A stretch of DNA of 64,000 bases from positions 744,001 through 808,000 of the forward strand of contig CM039006.1 of NCBI GenBank assembly GCA_017499595.2, in the 5' to 3' direction. The DNA is from Psilocybe cubensis (lineage: Eukaryota). Below the pieces are notes generated by a model. The model saw nothing but the letters and a program-made list of their open reading frames with translations. It had not been told where the DNA came from and did no database searches. Both the position numbers and the translations under genes were made by a program. This document shows, piece after piece, positions 25,173 to 36,400 of the stretch (its first letter is position 1; each line of letters opens with the position of its first letter).

Positions 25173-28100
25173 ATGACTGATTCTGGCAATCCGCTTCCAT
25201 CCTCTACTCCCACTATGGCTACTACCATCATCCAACGTACTCCTGTCGATATGCCTGTTCCTAAATCTAGTGCTGCTCCAAAATTCACTGGATCTTACGT
25301 CGACGTCAAGAATTTCTTGGATCACTGCAACCGCATTTTTGATCAGTACAATGTCACTCTCGACGATGACAAAGTACGATACATGGTTCAATGCTGCAAC
25401 CAAGAGAGCAGAGAAATCATTGAAGGTTTACCCAGCCACCATGCCAAGCAATGGGAACGACTCAAGACTGATATGCTCAAGATCTTTGATCATGCTAGGA
25501 CAACGCAGAAGTTCACGTTGAGTACTCTTCGTGCTTACGCTTTCCAACACTCCAATCTTTCTATGCGCTCTCTCGACGACTTCCGCGAGTATCAGAAGCA
25601 ATACATTCGCATCGCTGGTTGGCTTCTCAACAACAACAAGATATCCAAGACGGAATACAATCAATACTTCTGGCTAGGAATCAATGAATCCCTCCGACCT
25701 GCGCTCGAAAGCAAGATCATGGTCTTTAATCCTCATATCGATCTCTCCTCACCTTTTTCCATTGAAGACGTCACCAAGGCAGTTGAAATCATCTTTAAAC
25801 GAGACCGCTTTGACGTTGGAATCTTTGACAATCCTTCTGCACGCCCCTTCACGTCTCTTATTCCTCCAAAGGATTCGTATCCAGAGCGCTCATCAGTCTT
25901 TGACGAGATCAAGAAGTACTTACAGGAGATGTTTCCTAACATTGAGACACGCGATGCCCGTGAACGTCCATACAATCCCCCGGAAGAGACCAAGCGCATT
26001 TTTCAGGATCTAGACAAGGAAGAGAAGCAAGCGCACAAGGATGACGAAGTGGAGAACTTGATCAAGCAGATGTCGAAGCTCACCATCCATGATTCTTCGT
26101 ACGCCATTTATTATCTTCGCGCCATCAAGTTGGAACCCGCTCTTGCTAATATGCTCATTGCTCCGGCCATTATGAATCCAAGTGCACAGCCAGCTCAGCC
26201 AGTCCCAATCGCAAGTCAGTCAGCACCTCCAGCACCACGAGCACCACGTCAGTCCGCATCCGAGATCATCTGCTATGGTTGCCACCAACAAGGCCATGGA
26301 ATCAACAACTGCCCGACGCTCATTGATCTTACAAACCGCAAGCTCATCTCCAGAGATAGTAGCAATCGAGTTGTCTTCCCTGATGGATCCCGCATTATTC
26401 GCCAGAATGGAGAGTCAATCGCACAAGCAGTCCTTCGTCAACAACAGCCTCCTCCTCCTCAAGTTGCTACTACAAGCATAGCCGTATCCGAAGCATATTA
26501 TGGTCAGATGTTCAAGAACTACAGAGCCATGGTTGCAGAAGAAGAAGAGGACGACATTGGAACCTGGGATGGAGAAGACGAGTTTGAGTTTACGCTGGCA
26601 GGTCCTGGTAATCGAATCCCAACTGAAAAGCGAACACGTGCTGCACGCAAACAGGTCATGGACGCTGTGGTACCTCCGGAACCCGCGTATCTGAAAGGGA
26701 AGCGAGCGGAAATGAGTAAAGCTAAGGATTCTTCTCAGATCCCATCTATTCTTAAACGTCCGGCTAACTCTGGATTGCCAAACAACGTGCCTAGCTCCAC
26801 TTCCATTCAACCTGTCCCAATCCCGTCAATTAATCAACCTTCTGCCGAAATAAATCCATCAATTCCTGTCAAACAAGCTCAACCCAATGTCCCAATTAGG
26901 GCAAATCCAACGGAACATCCCGAGACTGCCCAACGACACGAGGTTTTTGATCCGGCCGATGATGATCAAATCATGGAAGATGTCACTCCTAGTCTAGAAC
27001 GAGGCAAATCAGTTACCAAGCCACGTGCAGCACCTCAGAAACGTGTCTCTGACATATCCCAAACTGTCGACACTATGGCCATTCTCAGACGATGCCTTAA
27101 TCAACCCGTTAATGCGACGTTCGGCGAGCTACTTGGAGTTTCAAAGGACCTTAGGACCCTTCTTATCAACAGCATCAAAGGCAAGACCCTTACTGTCGAC
27201 GAATTCAAAGCTTCATTGGCAAACAGCAACTTAAAGCTTTCCGATAAGGAAGTTCTAGACATCATTCGCAGTGCCGAAAAGGACGTACCTGTTCAATACA
27301 TGCACGAGACCAATTCAGTCGAATCCCTTCGCGCTCACAAGCCCCTTCTTCGAATCACATTAATGTGTAATGGTCACGAACTCAATGCCTTGATTGACAG
27401 TGGATCTACGCAGAACATTCTAAGCAAACAGGCTTGGAAGAAGATTGTCAAGTTGCCGATGGACAGCCGGAATACTATTGTTATGGTCGATATTCATGGC
27501 GGCAAATCCCACATGCTTGGATTCGTTGGAAATGTTCAACTTGATATTGGTACAGTCAGGACGCGTGCTCATTGCTATGTATCCGACAAAGTCCAGTTTG
27601 ATATACTCTTGGGACGTCCATGGACCCGTGACAACTATGTGGACATTCTAGAACGACCCGAAGGGACCTTCATTGCCTTCTATGACGTCAAAGATCCTAC
27701 ACGTGAGCAGAAATTCCTTGTGACACCTGATACTCAGCACGACCGGCGTTACTTCACGGATACCATTTACGACAAGACCCCCCACACAATGTTAGCACAC
27801 AACGACCTCTCCTTAGCTAATCCGGATGCCGAAGAAGGTGAAATTGAAGAAGATCTAGAACCCGGTGAATTATTGGACGACCTTCGCTATCCATCACCTA
27901 CCCCTTCCATGATCGAGTTATCTATCCTTACTAGGCAACAATCTCTGAATCGGGACGAATCTGCTAACCCAAATGAGGACTTATCCACTTCACAAGATGC
28001 ACCCTCTTTCTCTGACTCCAACTGCGAACATGACTCGACTCAGGACTCCTCTCACGGTCTCTACGCTTCCGATTATGACTCAATGTATCAAGATGACTCG

Positions 28101-29048
28101 GGAACTTCTCAATTCAATGCGACTGCCCATTATGGTCATATTTCCACACCACCTTACGATTCCACACATGAGGCCCCACAAATAGAACAGCCACCATCAC
28201 CATCTGTCAATCCGTCCATCAAATCCCACACTTCAGACAATAACGACCCACATGAAGAAGAACCAGCTGACGACGATCCAGAAATGGAACAATTGAGCTC
28301 ACCCGAAGTAGAAGCTATTCAATTCTCTTCTGACAATACTCACCTTACGGCTATGGGAATGCTCAACCCCCACTTGCGCTTTGAAGACTGGATTCTATAC
28401 GACGCCACTTATTCTTCTCCTACTCGTGTTGTTTCTGACCGAACAGGAACGGCCTTTGTCCATTATGTTTATCCGCAGAGAGACAGCCATATAAACTTGA
28501 CGACGACTCCAACTATTCTACACTTCAGTCGCACTGGTATCTCGTCTCAATCTAACCACTCTGCTTCAGTCAGTGCCTATCCAATGGGCCAACGTCACTC
28601 AGCATCCTGGACTCATTTTATTCCCCAATCCATTCGCTCTCAAAACGCTTCTTCTATTCCCCAACCTCATTCCCGAAATTCTGCTCTTCCAGAGACGCCT
28701 CTTTCGATTATGATTCACCAAGAAACACGTGTATCATCGACGGTCACCGCAAATGTAGACGAGCATCATCGAGGCCCGAAAGCTTTGGTACATCCTCTGC
28801 GAGTAGCCCACGACAGTCCGAAGGAGCCATTAAACAAGGATGAAGAAGAGCTACGAATCGCTCAAAATGGCAAAGAGGTCGACCACAATTCTTCCCTTTT
28901 ACCTCTTCCAATAACCAGCACAATGCACGAATCGCGAGCTTCAAATATGGACGATGGAAACGAATGGTACTATCAGTATGGAGAAGAAAGTCCCTTTTGT
29001 ATTGACAACACGGAAGAGCATCCCTTGGACGCCAACACATTGTACTGA
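25173..29048 (+). CDS. Element C gag-protease ORF (1291 aa)
   Basis: APKFTG gag start, zinc knuckle CYGCHQQGHGINNC, aspartic protease ALIDSGS...ILLGRPW, long acidic/Ser-Pro extension. Confidence 0.9.
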   Translation: MTDSGNPLPSSTPTMATTIIQRTPVDMPVPKSSAAPKFTGSYVDVKNFLDHCNRIFDQYNVTLDDDKVRYMVQCCNQESREIIEGLPSHHAKQWERLKTDMLKIFDHARTTQKFTLSTLRAYAFQHSNLSMRSLDDFREYQKQYIRIAGWLLNNNKISKTEYNQYFWLGINESLRPALESKIMVFNPHIDLSSPFSIEDVTKAVEIIFKRDRFDVGIFDNPSARPFTSLIPPKDSYPERSSVFDEIKKYLQEMFPNIETRDARERPYNPPEETKRIFQDLDKEEKQAHKDDEVENLIKQMSKLTIHDSSYAIYYLRAIKLEPALANMLIAPAIMNPSAQPAQPVPIASQSAPPAPRAPRQSASEIICYGCHQQGHGINNCPTLIDLTNRKLISRDSSNRVVFPDGSRIIRQNGESIAQAVLRQQQPPPPQVATTSIAVSEAYYGQMFKNYRAMVAEEEEDDIGTWDGEDEFEFTLAGPGNRIPTEKRTRAARKQVMDAVVPPEPAYLKGKRAEMSKAKDSSQIPSILKRPANSGLPNNVPSSTSIQPVPIPSINQPSAEINPSIPVKQAQPNVPIRANPTEHPETAQRHEVFDPADDDQIMEDVTPSLERGKSVTKPRAAPQKRVSDISQTVDTMAILRRCLNQPVNATFGELLGVSKDLRTLLINSIKGKTLTVDEFKASLANSNLKLSDKEVLDIIRSAEKDVPVQYMHETNSVESLRAHKPLLRITLMCNGHELNALIDSGSTQNILSKQAWKKIVKLPMDSRNTIVMVDIHGGKSHMLGFVGNVQLDIGTVRTRAHCYVSDKVQFDILLGRPWTRDNYVDILERPEGTFIAFYDVKDPTREQKFLVTPDTQHDRRYFTDTIYDKTPHTMLAHNDLSLANPDAEEGEIEEDLEPGELLDDLRYPSPTPSMIELSILTRQQSLNRDESANPNEDLSTSQDAPSFSDSNCEHDSTQDSSHGLYASDYDSMYQDDSGTSQFNATAHYGHISTPPYDSTHEAPQIEQPPSPSVNPSIKSHTSDNNDPHEEEPADDDPEMEQLSSPEVEAIQFSSDNTHLTAMGMLNPHLRFEDWILYDATYSSPTRVVSDRTGTAFVHYVYPQRDSHINLTTTPTILHFSRTGISSQSNHSASVSAYPMGQRHSASWTHFIPQSIRSQNASSIPQPHSRNSALPETPLSIMIHQETRVSSTVTANVDEHHRGPKALVHPLRVAHDSPKEPLNKDEEELRIAQNGKEVDHNSSLLPLPITSTMHESRASNMDDGNEWYYQYGEESPFCIDNTEEHPLDANTLY

Positions 29049-31460
29049 CTATCTGGACGGTGCATGGACATCAGCTTGCTTCCTCAACGCCCTCTCTTTG
29101 TTCTCCGATCCCCTCAATTTTTCTTTGTCACCTTTGCTGTTGCTGGTGTTTCTTCTTCCTCATCGTTATGCCTTTATTCCACCTCCCATTTTATTTCCAC
29201 ATTTTGCGTTTCTCTTTTCCATTTCACGGACACTTATGTAGATTTTTCATTTGTGCAACGAGTTCTTGAATACCTCCACTTTTCTTTTATGTGCCTTTTC
29301 CTCACATTCACACTCTCAATGGCAACTCCACGCCATACAACCTTTTCCTTTACCTTTTATTTTCATTTTCTTTCCACTTTATCCATTTGTATGTACGTCG
29401 ACCGAAAAGTCGTTAAACTAACCTTTATTTATTCCTCCCTTTTATTTATTTGTTCTACCCCCGCTTCACCACTTCAGTCCGCAAACAAATCCTCAGGTCA
29501 CCTATTGCAGAGTTCTTGGAGAAACACGCGCAACCTCCCAAAGGAATGCTATACGGAATCTCTATCTCCAATATACACCACCATCACGCCTCCAATACAC
29601 CTCGAACTCCTACAGAATCGGGAAGGGCTTCATCTTATCCACAAAGAGCGAAAAATCAAGCTTACGGACAAGATAAGAAGGACGACCACTCCATTACCTC
29701 TGATGGGTCAAGACCTACAGAAATTTCGGATAGATCAAAGCATTTATGCGAGATCATGGTCACTCAATTCAGATATTACTGCTAAACCCACCGTCAACCA
29801 AACTAATTCGGCAAGGTCGTCAAGCTCTCCTACAATTGGTTTTGTATTCACTGCCGCGTCAGGATCGACACTATCAACCTTCCAAGCCTCCATGAATCAA
29901 TTCATATCACCTATTCTTTCCCCCTCTTCTGCCAATACAGCCTATAAACGAGTCGATCGGAAAGTTAGACCTATAAATCGGGTTACTCCAGAATCGGCCA
30001 AAGTTATACGACGAATTCCTGTTGATCCCTTATTATCTCTCCCACCTCTCCCACTCCATCCCCCTGCCTTTACGCCAACAACCAGACTCACCCTTGAACG
30101 CATACAATCAATGAACATTAACGCCAACAAATTCCTATGGCCGGAAGAAGAAAAGCTTTTCCTTCATATTCTTAAACTCAATGAACGCTCACTCGCTTTT
30201 CATCAGTCCGAACGTGGAACATTTTCTGAAGAATACTTCTCTCCATACATCTTTCCTGTTGAGGATCACGAGCCCTGGGTAGTCCGAAATATTCCTATTC
30301 CACCCGGCATCAAGGATCAAGTTATCAGTCTCTTACGTGAAAAGATAGACGCTGGAGTATACGAACCAAGCCAAGCTCCGTATCGCTCTCCAATTTTCTG
30401 GGTCAAGAAGAAGACATCTGGTGCTATCCGTCTAGTTCATGATCTGCAGATTCTTAACTCTATTTCCTATCGCGACGCAGGAGTTCCTCCAGTTCTTGAC
30501 GACTTTGTGGTTCCCTTTGCTGGTTATTCTATTTACACGGTCTTTGACTTATATTGGGGATATGACGCACGCAAAATCCATCCTATGAGCAGAGATCTTA
30601 CCACATTCCAGTCGCCTATTGGACCTCTTCGACTTACTTCAATGCCTATGGGATATACGAATGCAGTAGCGGAATTTCAAGCCTGTACAACCTTCATCCT
30701 TCGTGACGAGATCCCTCACGTAGCCAATGTCTTTATCGACGATGTTCCTATCAAAGGCCCTCCAACACAGTACTTAGACGAGGACGGCAATCCAGAAACA
30801 CTTCCAGAAAATCCAGGAATACGACGATTTGTCTGGGAACACGCTCAAGATGTTCATCGAGTTATGCACCGCATGGGATGTGCTGGTGCTACATTTTCTG
30901 GACCAAAGACTCAGCTCGCTCAGCCTAAAGTTCTTATCCTTGGACAGTTATGCACTCCGGATGGACGACTACCCGATCAGAGCAAGATACAGAAAGTCAC
31001 TGATTGGCCACGACCAAAGTCTGTTCACGACATCCGATCCTTTCTAGGTCTATGCGGAACAATGCGTGTTTGGATCAGAAATTACTCAGCCCTTGTCCGA
31101 CCACTCACAGAACTCTATCGTAAGGACGAACCCTTTGTCTGGACTCAACAACGAGAAGACTCTTTCCAAACTCTCAAAGAAATCATTTCCAATCCTCCTG
31201 TTCTCACTTCTATTGACTATTCATCCGATCGCCCAGTTATTCTTGCCGTGGACACTTCTCACATTGCTATTGGTATTATTCTCTATCAGCTTGACAAAGA
31301 AGGCATCCGACGACCTGTCCGCTATGGTTCTATCTCACTTAATCCACGAGAAGCACGATACAGTCAGCCCAAGCTTGAGTTATATGGTCTTTTCCGTGCT
31401 CTTCGAGAATTCCGCCTCTATCTTATTGGAGTCAAGAACCTCTACGTTGAAGTCGACGCC
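29049..31460 (+). CDS. Element C pol, part 1 (hydrophobic segment, RT, RNase H N part), in frame with the gag-protease ORF
   Basis: RT motifs FDLYWGY, MPMGYTNA and VFIDDV. RNase H LAVDTS...YSQPKLELYG...VEVDA, cut by element D. Confidence 0.9.
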
Positions 31461-31633
31461 TGTTAGAGTTCCCTCTAACGTAGACACACACACGTGCCTG
31501 TAGTCACATATCACACAGTATTTGTAGACACACCCGTAGCTACGTAGCCTCAGTTCCTTCTTTGTTAGCACACCCAACACGTTCTGGTCCTTCGTCTCTC
31601 TCTCCCGCCTCGTCTCCGGGTCTCCTCCTAACA
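31461..31633 (+). repeat. 5' LTR of element D
   Basis: TGTTAG...CTAACA terminal inverted repeats. No difference seen versus 37714-37886. Confidence 0.97.
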
Positions 31634-32276
31634 TCAAGAAGGAACTCTAACACATTCAAAACATCCTCTCTCATCGCCTTTTGGCATTTCAATACCACCG
31701 TTTCCCAAACTGCCTGGACTACCTCGTTCCCCTTCGATCCTGCCCATCCAGCAGGATATCGAAGCCTGTACCGACACTTGTGACCGCTACTCTTGGCAAT
31801 TATTTTTTTTGCAAAGAGACCTCTTGTTGCACGAAGAAACCCTGCGTATTGCTTCCAACCAGGGTGCATCTTTTGATACCCTTCGGCGACTTACTGCTGC
31901 TGTTATAGACTGTCAACGGTCAATCTCACATACCAGAGACCTTCTCGCTTCCGCTGAAAGACAGTTGCGTTACCTACACGACCAGGCTGATCGCGTTCGC
32001 GACCTACAAGATTGTCTGGCTACTCTGTCTCGCCGCATTGATAATCTGGCTTTTACCACCTCTCTTAGCCCTGCTATTTTGTCTGGACTTCACGCCCGCC
32101 TTGACGATATTCTCAGCTCTCCTCTCTTCTCCAGGTCCTCTACCCCAGACAGCTTACCTGACCTTGAACCCTCCGATTAGAAGCGCATATATTCACCCTT
32201 TTGGCGCATACACCCACCCTCTCTGTTTTTTTCTCTTTCCTTTTTTTAATTCGCTTCTCGCTTATCGTTTGCACTC

Positions 32277-33461
32277 ATGCCTCCCGGAAAAAGTAAAGGT
32301 CGTTCGGTCTCCCCCCGTCGTGGTCGTGACGGTAGTGATGACGACACTGTGTCCCGAATTGACCCTGCCATTATCGCTCTCATTAAGGCTAGCCAGGAAT
32401 CCAATAAAGAAACTATGAAAGATATTCTCGAACTGTCGCGTATACAAGCCGAAACTATGTTCAAATCATTCCTCGCGTTACCCCAACTCCAAACCTCTAC
32501 CCACTCCTCTGCGACTACCTCTACCGCCCGCTCTGGTGATTCACGCGCTTATAAGGTGCCCTTTCCAGGTGCCTTCGACGGCTCCTCTGATACTGTCGAA
32601 GACTTGCTGGCCTCATGGCGTAACTTTTTTCACTCCGACCCCGAAGCATACAAAACCACTGATTCCAAAGTACGCACCGCTCTCAGTTCTTTCAAGACCG
32701 GCACGCCCGCTGTCTGGCGTAACCAGCTCATTGAAGAGCTAGAGTCTGGGCAATGCGTCTTAACCAACTGGTCCGACTTTGAGGAGCGCGTGAAAGACTC
32801 CTTCCTGTTCCATTTCTCGCAACAACGCGCGGCACGCGAGATCATGTGCATCCGTCAGAACTCCACGCCCACTCAAGAGTTCATTATTATCTTCGAGAAC
32901 CTTGCCTTTCGCTCCAAGTTTAACGACGAAGCGTTGATCCAATGCTTCAAAATGGCCTTGGATAAGCGTATTATGGAGGAGATTGGACGAACACACCGTG
33001 AGATGCCCACATTCGCGGAATGGAAGAGTGCCGCAATCTTGATGGCTCACAGACTGCGTGAGACTGATGCCACGGTGACTCCGGTCGTCAACACCACCGC
33101 CACCTGGCGTCCTCCCCCTTCTTTCACCTCCACCCCTTCCACTGTTCAAAAGTCTAGCAACCCCCGCCCCGCTGCTCCTGCCCCCAACGCGACTCTACCT
33201 GCAAACATCTCCGCTGCTCCGAATCGACGTGCCGCCCTGCCCTGCTTTAACTGCGGCGTATTTGGCCACTTCATGCGAGTCTGCCCCAAACCCAAAGATC
33301 TCGAATTCCAACGCAAATCACGCGCAAAACTGGAACGAGCTCGGGCCGTCCTCGAGTGCTTTGATGCTTTGCCTGATGACGACAAGCATGAGATTCGATG
33401 CGTTGATGTTGACGAAAGTGCCTTGTTTGATGATTCGGATTTTGTTTCTTGCGTCGAGTGA
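32277..33461 (+). CDS. Element D gag (394 aa)
   Basis: Retrotransposon capsid-like region (PGAFDG...IRQ...FIIIFE) and zinc knuckle CFNCGVFGHFMRVC. Confidence 0.92.
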   Translation: MPPGKSKGRSVSPRRGRDGSDDDTVSRIDPAIIALIKASQESNKETMKDILELSRIQAETMFKSFLALPQLQTSTHSSATTSTARSGDSRAYKVPFPGAFDGSSDTVEDLLASWRNFFHSDPEAYKTTDSKVRTALSSFKTGTPAVWRNQLIEELESGQCVLTNWSDFEERVKDSFLFHFSQQRAAREIMCIRQNSTPTQEFIIIFENLAFRSKFNDEALIQCFKMALDKRIMEEIGRTHREMPTFAEWKSAAILMAHRLRETDATVTPVVNTTATWRPPPSFTSTPSTVQKSSNPRPAAPAPNATLPANISAAPNRRAALPCFNCGVFGHFMRVCPKPKDLEFQRKSRAKLERARAVLECFDALPDDDKHEIRCVDVDESALFDDSDFVSCVE

Positions 33462-36400
33462 GTAGTACGTCCTCGCCGCTTCTGTACAACAACCCTGTAA
33501 TTACTCCCAAATTGCATGTTGCATTGTCTCCAAAATCCGTACCTCTGCCCGTGTTACCTGTTTACGCGACCCCTCAACCTTCATTATCCAATTCTGTATT
33601 GACTCCTGACAAGCCCTCTTCTTCAACAACATCACCCAACTCCGACTACCCGACACCAACACTCCTGCCCGCGCACCCACAACCTCCAACTATGGCACCC
33701 GATTGCATTCCATATTCAGACCTCTTTTTATCCTGTCCTGAGGATGATCCACCAGAGCTGCAAGCCCCAGATGCCTCTGATGATTCGGATGAAGATTCGC
33801 CAACCAAGCCTGCTCAACAAACCTCCGCCCACGATGATGCATCTGTCTCTATGACACACGATGCAAGTCCACCACCGGCCCCACGCGACTCTCTACTTTG
33901 CAGCCCGCCCGTCGCTGACCACACAGACTGCCCGCCTTCAATCCCTACACCTGTCCGCACCGTCCTGTGCAACTTGCGCCGATTACGCAGCACGCCTTGG
34001 CGAACCGAGAGCCTGCTCAAATCCTGGGCCCCAAAGGAGCGTTGGGACGACATTGACGATGATCTGATTGCTGCTCTTTGCGATCTCCCCTGGACCGACG
34101 CCGCCAAAGTCCTCCAGCAGCTCAAGAAGCCCCGCGACTACATCTCCCGCATGGGGAGTAAATGCCTTGACATTCCAATGTCGGCTGCACCCCCAGGCTC
34201 GACCTCTTTGGTGTCGCTGAAAGCGCTCTTAGACAGCGGTGCCACTGGTTGTTACGTGCACTCCGATTTTGTCAAACTCAATGGATGGGTGACTGAGCGG
34301 CTGCCCCACCCCGTTAGCGTTTACAATGCAGACGGAACTCGCAATGCCAACGGTGCTATCACAGATGTTGTTTACCTTGTCATCCGCATTGAAAACCATG
34401 TTGAGCGACTCCGCCTTTCAGTCACCAACACGGGATCATCTTCCCTCATCCTCGGGCACTCCTGGCTCTGGTTCCATAATCCGCTTGTTGACTGGCGAGA
34501 GGCCAAGCTCTGCTTTGCACGCTGCCCCACGTCCTGTGGTGCTGACGTGCTGCCGACTTCGCACCCTGATGGCGAAACCGTGAATGTTTGCCGCGAAGGA
34601 CCCCAGCTCCGTGAAGACGACATCTTTGATGACAGCCCGGGCCCCTTCACGCCGGTCTCTGCTGCGGAATGGGCTGACGCCTTTGCTGGTGAACTTGCCG
34701 ATGGTGAATCGATGTGCGCGGTTGACCTCAATGAGTTCACGTCCGAACAAGTCCATGGCTCATGCGACCACCGCATTTCTCACTTTTTGCGAACTCAACG
34801 TGAAGCAGCTTCATATCCCGACCGCTACCTGAAGGAATTTGCACCTGTTTTCTCCAAAGAGGAGTTTGACGAGCTCCCACCCCGTCGCCCATGGGATCAT
34901 GCTATTAACCTGAAACCAGATGCAAAGTCGTTCAAAGCAAAGCCGTACCGTCTGTCGCCCGCTGAAACCTCGAAGGTCAAGGAATGGATAGAAGAGGAAA
35001 AACGCACTGGCCGTATACGGGACTCCATCTCTCCCTATGCCGCCCCTTTCTTCTTCATCCAGAAAAAGGATGGCTCACTGCGCCCTGTGCAAGACTACCG
35101 ACGCCTGAACGATATCACGATCAAGAACCGCTATCCATTGCCGCTCATCTCTGACCTCATGGACAAGCTTAAAGGCGCGAAAGTATTCACCAAACTTGAC
35201 GTCCGCTGGGGTTTCAATAACATTCGTATCAGGGAAGGCGATGAGCACAAGGCTGCCTTTATCACGGAGTTTGGACTTTTTGAGCCTCTTGTAATGTTCT
35301 TTGGATTGACAAACTCACCAGCTACCTTCCAGAATATGATGAACGATCTGTTCAAGGATCTCATTGCTGGCGGCCATGTCGTGATATATATGGATGACAT
35401 CCTCATCTTCACTGATGATGTCCAGTCCCATCGACATCTTGTCCGCAATGTCTTGCAGATTCTGGAGGACAACAAGCTTTATCTGCGGCCAGAAAAGTGC
35501 TGTTTTGAGCAGGACCGTGTGGAATACTTGGGCGTCATTGTCGGCCACGGGAAAATGTCCATGGATCCCAAGAAAGTTGACGCTATCACCTCTTGGCCAA
35601 TCCCGCGCTGTCGTAAGGACGTCCAACAGTTCCTCGGTTTCGTCAACTTCTACCGTAGGTTTATCAAGAACTTCTCCCGCATTGCCGCTCCCCTGCATGC
35701 CCTGGGTGGTTCGGCGCCTTGGGTATGGGACAATTTGTCAACATCCGCCTTCAACGAGCTCAAATCCGCCTGCGCTTCACACCCGGTGCTACTTCTTCCC
35801 CGCGACGGTGCCCCATTCCGCATAGAGGCAGACAGCTCTGGATACGCAACCGGCGCGGTGCTCAGCCAATTTGTTGACAATTCCTGGCAACCGGTCGCGT
35901 TTGCTTCAAAAGCCCTCAGTCCCGTTGAGCGCAACTACGAGATACATGACCGCGAACTACTGTCAATCATGAGGTCTCTCGATGACTGGCGACGCTACCT
36001 CCACGGCTCCGATTCTCCTGTTGAGATCCACACCGATCACAAGAACCTTCAGTATTTCATGACCGCTCAGAAATTGAACCGTCGTCAGGCTCGCTGGTCC
36101 CTGCAGCTCGCTGAATTCGATTTCGTACTCGTCCACAAGCCAGGCCCGACCATGATCTGCGCAGACTCGTTGTCCCGCCGCCCCGACTACGATAAAGGTG
36201 TTGGCGACAACGAAAACGTCACCTTACTGCGCCCAGAACACATTCGACGTACTGCTGAATGCTCAATTGGGGATGACCCCGTCCTGGCTGACATTCGAAC
36301 TCACCAGCACCAAATCACTGAAATGTGGGAAAAGCACAAGAACCTGCCTGGCTGGTCCCTCCACGACGGCTTGCTTTCATGGCATAACCGAATCTTTGTG

